Positions 10,341-20,845 of a stretch of 64,000 nucleotides of DNA are shown piece after piece. Below the pieces are notes generated by a model. It searched no databases, had not been told where the DNA came from, and saw nothing but the letters and a program-made list of their open reading frames with translations. A program made the translations under genes and the position numbers. Numbering within the stretch: position 1 is the stretch's first letter; each line of letters opens with the position of its first letter. Origin of the DNA: Lama glama (Eukaryota); contig CM052818.1 in NCBI GenBank assembly GCA_028534125.1, positions 46,750,001 through 46,814,000 of the forward strand. Direction: 5' to 3'.

Positions 10341-13127
10341 GCCCTGGGCTGGGGAGGGAACGTGGGAGGAGCCGCGACTGCTTCTCTGCCCCCACCCTCA
10401 TCCCTCAGGTTTCAACATAAACACCCAGAGCCTCCGGGCGGTGACCCCTGTGTCCTGAAGGCACACTCAAAGGGGACAGCTTGGCACCCATAGCTTACAA
10501 CCAAGTGTCATCAAGTCCACTGGGGACCAGGCCGAACTGGACTGGACGAAAGGGAGCTGAGCGCGTGACGGTGTTTCCAGCTGAAGGCTCAGCTGCTGCC
10601 GTGGCCCCCGGGCTTCTAGCCCAGCCCACCCGACGGCGTCGGGAGGCGGCACTAAGGAGCCTCTGGTCGGGGAAGAAAAGGAGGCGGAAGTGCCAGGTGG
10701 AAGTCCAGGACTCGAGCGGTGGACACTGCCTGGAGTCCCAGTGAAGGTGCCTGTGGCTTGATCAGGCCTGGATATCTAATTTATGTTGTTCATCGACTCA
10801 TAAAAATGTTACTGCCAAAAACGAGCCCCGAAGGTCACTTTGTGCTGTTTTGAAAATTACAGTTGAGAAACAGAGGTCTCTCAGCCACTCTGAACCCTGC
10901 ATCCTTGGCAGACGTCCGCCCCAGGAGCAGGGTTCTGGCTCTGCCAGGTGCCCCGGTCTTCCGCAGAGATGCCCTCAGAGCCAGGAGGGGAGGGGTCCTC
11001 TCACCAGGAGCACGGTGGCCCCCAGGGCAAGCCCGCCCCTTCCTCTTCTCTTGGGCTGCTAGGGGGTGGGGGCGAGGGGTGTAGGGGTGTTGGGGAGTCA
11101 TCAGACTGTGCCACTTCCTATAAGCCCCCCCTGTTGTTGGAGGCTTTCCAAGAATTCGGGGATACATAGCTCCTTGTGTTCTTTGGGTTTTGCCCAAATC
11201 TTGGGCAAAGGGAAAATTTGCCACCGCCCTGGAGACCTGCACCCCTCCCCCGGTCTAGCCTGGAAGATCTCTCATTTAAGATCTGGAGGGGCTTTTATGG
11301 CCCACCCTGCAGTTAGAAGAGGCCCGTTCCTGCCCCGTGTAGAGCCCTCCCCGGCCCCCCAGGCATAAAGAGCCCGGGGAGCATTTCGTACCAGGTTGTT
11401 GCTGTTTCTGCCTCCCCAGGACGCAGTGAGCTTCCAGGGGATCAGCTTGGTGCATCCTGTGACAGGCTTCCCCGGCACTTTGCACCTGCCAAACACCCAG
11501 ACGTCCTCAATTAACGCTCATTGACTGAATCAATTTTATTCTCAGCAGAAATAAGATGACAATGAATAAGAGACACATAACCAGGTCACAGGTATCCACG
11601 ACATTGGGAGAAAGAAAAGGACCTGGACGTATATACTGATGGCAAATTTTGATTGGCTTATTTCACTGACAAGTTTGTTTACCTTAATCGACACACATTC
11701 TTCCTCTAGGAGACACTACATGGTTTGAGAAGATGAGCTCTCAGCCACCAGGTTTGCCGGCCAAATGGTGCATCGGGACAATAGGAGGGTCTGCGTGGGG
11801 GACCCACGCAGCCACTCAGACATGTGGTGCACAGAAAGCAGGGGGAGAGAAGTGCGAACGTCAGCTAGTCCCTTGTTGCTTTCAACTGACTTTCTAAGAC
11901 TGAAGGATGTAGACGTTAGCTTGTCACCACAGCTCTGACTTACTCGTTTCCCAAGATGAGGCAAGACCACAGCCTGGCGGGGAAGCAGGTACAGTGTGAG
12001 CGATTAGATGACCAGCTTCGGTAGGATATCCTTTCCTGTCGCATTGCCCAGAGGTAATGTGCTTCTGGAAATTGCCTTCACTTGGAATATTACTGCCATT
12101 TCAAAAGGGAGGGGGGAAAACACATTCCCCTTTTCATTCATTTGCACCTCACTCCTCTAAAGCACTGAAGTCACATAATAAGCCTCTAAAAGTTTCTTTC
12201 TGGGAAGCACTCCTTACGATGCGTGGAAATTTCTGATTTATCACCTGAAGAAAACCAGCGTTTTCAGAGCTAGTCTGCGATTGATCAGGATGTTGGGAAT
12301 TTGCCCCAGGAGGGGTGTGCCGCTGACACTTGCACTAAAATGAAAATCTTAGTGTTTAGTTCCTCCTGTCGCCTATAAAGCCACTCTGCCTCCCACCCCC
12401 CCCAGATGCTGCTTCAGTCGGGAGAGAGCCTGGTTCCTTCCTCGCCAGCTCAAGGCTCAGAGCGTTTCGCTCTTCTTGCTGTGTAGGTGATGCTTTCGAA
12501 GGGAGTTTGAGGAACTGAGGTTATTTAATTGGGGGAGAGGTCAGGAGTGACTGAGGGCTGCGTTCAGGTGGTTGCAAGGCTTTGGATGACCTGCTTGTCT
12601 CCTTTTCTGCTCGAAGCTGCTAAGTTTCAGCTCCAGGAAGGGGGCCTGGGAGGGCTGCATCCTGAAACATGTCAGCCAGGTTCCTATTTCCGAGAGTTGG
12701 AGAGGAGACAGACGAGGCTCCCAGGTGAAGATGTTAAGGAGAACTGTGCCTGGGAACTTGAGTCAAGCCTCCTTCCCGAAGAGGGTGCCCAAGACATTCA
12801 CTGCAGAGAAAACAGCCCTCCTGTCTTGTGAATGAGCTGGTGGGAACTGTCAGGACAAACATGTGGTGAGAAGTCCGTGTTCCAGGTGGACAGAGGTCTA
12901 AAACTGGGGCGACACAGGTTCTGCCCTGCACTCTGCTGCTGGCTGAAGGTGTGTGGGCCATAGCGGCGGCATGGAGGATGCCGCTGGGCAGACAGGAATC
13001 TTGATCCTCAGAGCCTAGGAGGCTAGGGAAGCAGGGAGAGTTCTGGCATCATCAGATGTCCTTAAGAAGAGACTCAACAATAAAGGAACCTCTGTGCACC
13101 CACTGTGGGATAGATATGTTCCTTCTT

Positions 13128-13860
13128 GCATTCATTCATTCATTCATTCATTCAGCTTGAGCATCAGTGCTGCGGCAACTACCAGAATGGAAGCCTCAGA
13201 AGCAAGGATGAGAGGTGAGGCAGAGGGACAAAGGTGCATGTTGCGAGGCTGTGTGGTGCGTTCCAGGAGAGAGGCGAGCCTGGGGTGCCGGGAAGCCCCG
13301 AGCAGGGGGCTTAAACCAACCTGGGGAGCGTGGGGCATGGGAGACAAGACTTCCTGGGGAGGGGGTGCTCAGAAGATGGTAGGCATGGTGGGCGATTATA
13401 ATGATAATGCTGATGAGGTGACAGGTAAGGAAATGCCTTGGAGGGTCTGCCTTCTGCGTCTCTTCTCCCAGAGGTGGGCCCTGCTTTCCCTTTGGGAGTC
13501 TGAGCACAGGGTAGGGAATTCAAGCAGAGGGAAGCGGGAAGCGGGCACCAGTGGAGGGGCAGCGGAGAGCCCTGCTGTGTGTCTGCCGGGAGCTAAGGCA
13601 GGACCTCAGGCCAGGCCACATCCCGGAGGACTAGGAGTGCAGAGCTAACGTTGTGGGCAGTGTGCCCTTGCAGATAAATGCTTGACCTGGTTGGTCAGCG
13701 GTGATTTTGAAGCAGATGGGGAACAAGGTCTGATTGTCTCATTGGAGAGATCCCTGGAGGCTGCGTGGAGAGCTTCCGGAGGGAGGGAGTGTAAGAGGGG
13801 GATCAGATCAGGGAACAGGGCTGGAGTGGGCAGGAGATGCGAGGGAGGGAGTGTCACGCA
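13128..13860 (-). mobile_element. Scattered LINE-2 fragments
   Basis: (CATT)n tail at 13129-13154. ggtgattttgaagcag...ttggagagatccctggaggctgcgtggagag at ~13700-13775. The intervening sequence is only partly repeat-derived. Confidence 0.5.
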
Positions 13861-15199
13861 CATCATCAGCCCCAGCCCTTGTCCCCCCCGAGGACACTGC
13901 GGCTCAGGGTGGACCTCGGAAACCCAGCAGGCATGTCGAAGGATTCCAGGGCAGCTTTCCTGACTCCGGGGTGAGCAGGCTTTCCAAACGAGGGTGAGCT
14001 TTTGTCTGCCTGGTTCTGAGATTTTATTTTTTGTCTAAGTCTTTCCATCCAGCCCTGCAGGCTACAATCAGGTCTCTGTCAGGGTCATGGGAGGGAGAAC
14101 CCTTTCCTCTGAGCCTTTCCCTGGATGTTCCGTTTCAGCAGGTGCCTGTAGGCTCTGAATGGAGAGCCCAGGTTCCGGGCTCGCATAGGGAAGCTGGTCG
14201 TTCTGAAAGCGAAGTGGCTCACACGTGTGACCAGCCATGCTGACTGTGCAGGGTCACCAGAGAACACATGGTCCGCAGCAGATGGGCCGTCCCCCTCCTC
14301 ACTTCGGGCAGATCCTGGTGGGTGCTGCATTCGGCAACCCCTAGTCCCCTTGTGTCGTGCTGTCTGGCCCGTGGGACTAAATCGATTCACTTTTGCTCAA
14401 ATAGATGTTTCAAATATTTAGTTACTCCTGGTAAGTTTGGTTTAAAATTAGCTGAAATCAGAACCTAAAAGAGAAATTGGAAAATCTTCCTTAAACTCCA
14501 AAAATAAGGTCACCGAGGGAAGGTCCAAGAGTAAGAAACTTCATTCCCAAGGAAGATTATCTTGAAAAGTTAAGAAAGAGTCAGTAATGATAGAAGAGAA
14601 AGGGTCTGGAGCAAACAGGTGACTGTCAGAGGACATGGAGAAGGAGTGACTGCCCCACAGCAGGACACACTCCCTCCCTGAGGGAGGGGCCTTGTGGACC
14701 GCCCCCCCCACCCCAGGCTGCTCATCCTGTTTCTGTCTGTGCCTTTAGGGAAAGTGCTGGGCGCCAGCAATGCTGGCGAGGCCTCCTCCCTTTTCCTTTG
14801 AAACCTGCAATCCCGTTAATTACCAGAGTCAGCCCCAGCCACCTCCTTTGATAAGCCCCGGGTTGTTGGGGCCAGCACTGCTCAGCTTCTGCTGAAGCCT
14901 GCCCTCCTCTTAATTGCCACTTCCTGCCCAGCTCCGCTGCTTCCGGCAGGATGCACACACATCCGCAGGGTCGCCGGCCAGCTCGCAGCCTCTGGCCTGT
15001 GCCTTTGGCTTGGTAGTCGGGTAGCAGAGGAAACGGGTGTCGAACCGTATTCAGTGTGAGGGAAAGCTCCCCAGCTCCTGAACTGAAGTACTTGGTTGAA
15101 AATGTTTTGAGTTTCCAAAAGGAGGAGGGAATCTTGCTGAAGACCAGAACAGGGAGGAATGAGCTTTTGGTACATCTTCATATGTTTTTTTCTTTCTCT

Positions 15200-15670
15200 C
15201 ATCTTCCCCAGGAAGAAATTAAAGGGGATTATTGGTAAAAACAAGTGCACACATGCCGATAGCTGGGAACACTTAAAAAGTTGCATTTTAAAAATTATGT
15301 ATGTATGTATGTATGTATTTATTTATTATTGCCGTACTGTCAGTTACGATGTGTCAGTTTCTGGTGTACAGCACAATGTCCCCGTCATGCACACACATAC
15401 ATATATTCGTTTTAAAAGTTGCATTTTAACAGTGAAAATGAGCCAGACCCAAAAGGAAAAATCAGTCATGCTGGCTTTGTTTTTAAGTTTGGTATATTGT
15501 TAGCAATGGATTCTTGCATCAATTTTGACTTCTTAAATGTTGCATTAAAATAGGATTTATCTTGATCACTGAGTTCTTCTTTGTTTTTTGCTTTTTTTGA
15601 CATCCCCTTCAATTTTTCACTCAAAGCCCCACTGCTCTGAATCCCTTCACCCCAGTCCCAGCCTTGGGCT
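15200..15670. mobile_element. Old hAT (Tip100-group-like) DNA transposon fragment interrupted by a young L1
   Basis: ttgcattaaaataggatttatcttgatcactgagtt...catccccttcaattttt...cttcaccccagtcccagccttg resembles a recalled hAT terminal region. Exact family uncertain. Confidence 0.5.
15292..15413 (-). mobile_element. Very short young L1 3' end insertion with TSD
   Basis: Exact direct repeat aaaagttgcattttaa at 15276-15291 and 15414-15429. Body tcagttacgatgtgtcagtttctggtgtacagcacaatgtccc is nearly identical to the copy at 49445-49545. Confidence 0.9.
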
Positions 15671-15749
15671 GACCCACCCCATCAGCTGTCAGTCACCTTA
15701 GCCCAGGTTCACTGATGGAGGGAAAGAAAGGCCCCCGCCCCTCAGCCTG

Positions 15750-16060
15750 GACCCTCCCTTCTCCCTTCCCTGTCTGGCAAAATCTCCTCATCCTTCAAGG
15801 GCCTGCTCAAGTGTGCCCCTCATTATTAAGCCTTTTTAGTTCCTCCCACCCTTGAAGAATCCCCCTCCCCAGAGTGCCCACCGCACCTGTGCCCACCTGT
15901 GCCCACATGTGCGCTAGCCCGAATCGCCGTGCAAGTGAACTTCCCCTGTATCCGCATCTGCACTCCTCACCAGACGTCAGGGGCAGGTACCACGCTTTAT
16001 ATATTGGTGCCTTGCTGGGTCTTCTTAGTATAGAGGTGATGAACATCCACTGAATAAAGT
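15750..16060 (+). mobile_element. LINE-2 fragment
   Basis: ctggcaaaatctcctcatccttcaagggcctgctcaagtgtgcccctc motif, with a decayed tail near 16040-16060. Confidence 0.55.
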
Positions 16061-16931
16061 GGAATCACAGGATGCTAAGATGATTTTTCTGAGCATTAAT
16101 AAGCCTTTAGTTTGAAAAAAAGAGAACTAGCCACGTGTGAGTCCTTTGCTCTGTTCCTGCAACCATGGGACCCTTCTGCTAGTCTAGTGATCAGCCATCT
16201 CTGATTGGTGGCTTGTTGGGTGGGGCCAGGGAGGGGGGAGGTGGTCACGTCTGGGAGTGCAGAAATTTGGAAGCTCAGGAGGGTTGTGGCTGGATAGGGA
16301 GGGAGGAGAACAGGGTTAGAGGAGGTATTGGGGGTGTGGGGGGGCGTGGGAGGGACGCCCACTGCCTGAAGCTCATTCAGTAAATATTTGCTGACCAGTT
16401 ATAAGATTTGATTGACTAAGAATTGTGTTTCCAAACCACAGGTGTAATTGAATAGGGGGTGGGGAGGGTGTCAGGAAAGGCAGGGGGCCCTCCAATCAGG
16501 TGACTCTGGGAATGAGGAGGCATCTTGGGGCACCGAATGGCCCAGGTGAGGGAAGATGTTGACAGAAAGATGAAAAGTGATTAGGTGACATCCTTCCAAA
16601 ATGTATATCTTCAGAGTGATCTGTACATATATTTTTTTTTCCTTTAAACTCAGGTCAGAGAAATGAGGAAGTTAAATGCTATGGAAAGGCTATTGGTAAC
16701 TCCAGGCAAAATAAGTTGATCATATCTTTAGTTTTACTGCTCCGGGATATTTAAAGAAGATAAATAGGTTTTGTAATGAGACTATAGTGTGCAGACTGTT
16801 TGGCTGCTATAAGCTAGACTTCTGGAGGAGCAGGGAGCAATGATTTAGGAAGATCATAAAACAGAGAAAACAAAAAACAAAAACACTGGTAAATTAGAAT
16901 CCAAGCGATGACGCAGGCCTTAATAAAGGCG

Positions 16932-17378
16932 GGTTAGTTCTCTAGGACTGTACAACAAAGGACCCCACATGATGGCCCGAAACGACAGCCTCTGTACTGA
17001 GGAGGGTGCTGTGGGCCTGGGCCTGGGGGTTGGGGCTCCCGGACGCCCTCCCTGGGGCTCTTGGTTCTCCCGAGTTCTGGAGGCTGGAAGTCCAAGATCA
17101 AGGTGCCGGCCGAGTTAGTGCCTTCTAGAGGGAGAATCCATTCCAGGTGTCTTCCTGGCCTGGAGATGACCCCTTGGAGTTCACACGTGCTCCCCTTGGG
17201 CGTGTGTCTCCCAGTTTCTGCTTTTTACAAGGACACTAGTCAGACTGGATTAGGGCCCACTCTAATGGCCGCACTTTACCTTGAGTCCCTACCCCCAAAC
17301 AAGGTCCCACTCTGAGGCCCTGGGGGTTAGGATTCCAGCAAAACTATTTTACAGGAGGGAGCCATTCAACCCATAATA
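16932..17378 (-). mobile_element. MLT1B/C-type MaLR solo LTR
   Basis: agttctggaggctggaagtccaagatcaaggtg; tacaaggacactagtcagactggattagggcccac; cactctgagg...ggggttagga; ccattcaacccataata end. Confidence 0.85.
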
Positions 17379-20300
17379 GGCCCACAGCCCTGTGGAGAAG
17401 AGTCTAGCCGAGTAGGGATCAGAGTGGGGTCTTAGAAAGGTCAGGGTCTGGGTTCTAAGGACCTTGGTAGGAAGGGGGCCAGGAGCTCGGACATGCAGTG
17501 GGGCCTGCTTAGGAGGCATGTAAGGCAGAGGCTGTCTCTGAAGAGCCACTGGGAGACACATGCTTCAGAACCCTGTTCTCAGCTCTGGCTGCACCCTGAG
17601 CAGTGACCTCAGACCTTGGATGGGACCCTGTTGGCAGTCAATGTGTGACTGGCATCTGGGGCACACTGGTTTGGAAGCCTGGGACCAGGCTGCTGGGTGG
17701 AGGCTTGAACTGAACTGAGGGGCTGGTGGGTTCAGGGAATCCAGAGAGAAGGCTGCTTGCTGACTTTTCTGGATGAGCCAAGCTGGGGGTCTGAGCCCAG
17801 GGGGTGGCCGGGAGACTTGAAGACAGACCCAGTTAGGAGACATTTCTGAAGTCCGTCCTGTGGGCTCATTCCCCAGGTTCGGGGTGGAGGCCAGCACCAC
17901 CAAAGGCCTCCGCCTCCTGCGTCTTCTTGCCCCCTGAGCCTACAGCCCCCCGAGGTAAACAGGCAGAGGGCTTCTTTTCCCAGGATGACTGAAGTATCTG
18001 CCAGGGACGCATTTCCAAGTCCCGTGATGGCAGGACAGGTCAGTCTTGACCTAAAAGCTTTTGAAGGCTATGGAAGAGGGGATGGGGCACGGGCAGGTGG
18101 CTGGGGCCACGCTGGCCATGTCTCCTTGCTGCCCTGCCTGGCTGCCTGGCTGAACGGGCTGCTCTGTGTGTTCTGGCTGGCATCCCCAAATCCATCTCCT
18201 ATGCAGTCAAGAACATTATATCCAAATCAGCCCTTGAATTTGGACACAAGGAAACAAAACCAAACAAGCTCAAGCACTCAGAGCCCAAACAGGCCCTCAG
18301 GTACAGCCTGGGAGCAGTGACTGGGAGCTTGCTTGCCTGCCCCCCCCCCATCCCAGGTCCCCTCTCCAGGATGGCCCACAGCTGTGTGCAATGGATGTGA
18401 CATTTATTCTTCTTGGCTATGTGCAGAGTCAGGTGAGGTTATTGCAAATAGAATGTAGAAATATTCATTTTTTCCTTCCAAAAAGGGCTCTTAAATGTCA
18501 AGTCAAATTAAATGAAACCATTGTATCAGGGCAGAGCACATATAAGTTGCAGATGGTACAGTCTTTCTATAAATTCCCCCAACCCCCCTGCTTCCCCTTA
18601 GGTTTTACTGACCTGGGGCCAGTTTAAATAAAGCTCAGACACACTTATTAGTTGAGCGAATGTCATTTGGTAGAGTCAAAATTCATTAGCTAGCTTTTCC
18701 CTCCCCTCCAGGGCCCCCACCCCCTACCCGCAACCCCCCAGTTTTTGTCTGGCCTCCTTGCTGGACTAATTATAAGGTTCTCAGACAGCAAGTTCCCGTG
18801 ACATAGTTTAACTCTTCGGTCCACTTTTAACATCTGAAAATGATCAAACAGAAATTCCAGGTGCTTAGCATCCTGGCCGCGGCACTTCGGGGCGGGCGCA
18901 GGCGCTCTGGAGCACTGAGGCTGTGGACCGGGGCGGGGTGGGGAGGTGGGGGGATGTGCGGCTCCTGCCCCAAGTGGCTGGCCAGCGGCCCCACCCGGCA
19001 AGAGGGAGCCCAGCTGAGTGATAAACACGCCCAGCTCCAAAGACAAGAGCCCTCTGCACAGATGTTGTAATGTTATGAGATAATTTGGGGGCCTCTGTGG
19101 GGTGAAAGGGTGGATTTGTTGGAGGGGCACATACCTAGGGCGGCCTTTTCAGGAGCTGCACAGACACTTCATTACCATGTCAATCCCGGGAGGAGGCCCT
19201 GATTTAGCACAGCAGTTGGCTGAATGCATGTGGGGCGGATGGACCCCTGAATGAATAGTGAATGGAGAACCGGCTGGAATCTGCCTTCAGCTTTGTTCGG
19301 GGATGACCAGGGTAAGGGACCCGGGGCTTGCAGCCCAGATGGTAGCAGGAGGCAGCGATCTGACGGATTTCTCTCTTTTCCCTTTTTGTCCTGTCACTAG
19401 CGGGCCTCCCCCCGCCCCCATATCTGTGGGTGTATTTCAGTTGCCTCACTGAATCAGCTTCGATTTCCTCTCCCCACTAAAGCTTGGGGGGACTTAAAGC
19501 TGAAACAGAGGAGCTTCTGCAGCAATAAACATTTATATTACCCACCCCCCAAATTGAAGTTTAAGATACTTTACTTCATTTTGTGAGGTTTAGAAGTCCT
19601 TGGGCGTATAATTAAGAAATCATGAAAAAGACAAAGAAGCTTTGGAACGACAAGTTCAGAATCACCTCTGGGTTCTCCCGTGTGAAGGGAATTTGCAGAT
19701 TCTTGAGCCGTCAGCGAGCTCACAGCATCCTAAGGACTGGTGCTGTAAATCAAAGGACTGGCATTATCTAGTTTCCTTTCTGGCTTTAAAAGCTAGAACA
19801 GATGTCACAAGAGAGGACAAAATGGATTTTACCCACCAAGAGGGGCTTTTCTTGCCCTCTGTGATAGGAAGTGCCTTGAAATGCTAATGTACACAGCCTG
19901 TGTTGCTGGGGTTTGCATAGAGACGGTGGGAAACAGCTCTGATCCCAACAAAACCTTTTGTTATTAATCAAGAAAATCTGGTCCTCTGAAGCAGCAAAGA
20001 GCTGGAAATTAGCGAGGCCACTGGCAATGAGTCCAGGGAGCAAATACGCAGAAGATTCCAGCGCCCCAGTAAGAAGTGGTATTTGGGGCCACGCTGCATT
20101 TCCAGGCGTCTCCCTTCCCCCAGATTCTCTGTTCTCCCGGAGCCTCCACATTTGAAGGGGGAGGGATATTGCTCTTGGAATTTGTGCTTTAAAGTCGTGT
20201 GTTTTCTTTTTCAGCAATTTCAAGAAGCAGGCTGGAAGAGCATCCGTTACAAGCACGCTAATGAAGTGGTGCTAAGAAAAGAAACGAAACACCACCAAAT

Positions 20301-20659
20301 CAAAGTGGAGCATTTTGCTGGGCTAATGGGCTTGATTATGAGATTTTACAGGCCCTTTTATAAACTTGAAATTTTATTTTGTGCTGGGGAACAGGAAATT
20401 TCTGTTTGGTTTTAAACATACATGATCATACCACCAAATAGTCCTAATTTAAGGCTGTGAGCGCAGAGCAAAATTTTATGTCTAAGAGGGGAAGGGCTGG
20501 AAACAGCTCCCCCGATGGCAGTTAATAGGCACACACTTTAAGCCTCATTTTATAGGAGTGGAAACTGAGGCTGCAGCGGCCCTGGTGACTGACCTCCCTT
20601 CCCCCCCCCGCCCCCCCACCTCCCCGTGTGCGATGTTCCCTTTGCGGGTAGGTGTGCTC

Positions 20660-20845
20660 CTCTGGCCTCATCTCCTCAATGAGAACAGGTCATTCTTCGT
20701 TGCAGGGGGCTGGCCGCTGCCTTGCAGGGTATTCAGCGACCTCCCTGGCCGCCACCCGCTTGATCCTCATCGCACCCTTCTCCCACCGTGACCACCAGCA
20801 ATCTCTCGAGGCATCACTGAAATCGCCCCTGGTTGGGAACCACTG
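20660..20845 (-). mobile_element. MER20 (hAT-Charlie)
   Basis: ttcttcgttgcagggggctg...ttgcagggtattcagcgacctccctggcc...aaatcgcccctggttgggaaccactg. Confidence 0.8.

Noticed and set aside
13094..13648. 184-aa ORF
   Set aside because: Begins in the (CATT)n L2 tail (IHSFIHSF) and has no recognisable domain.
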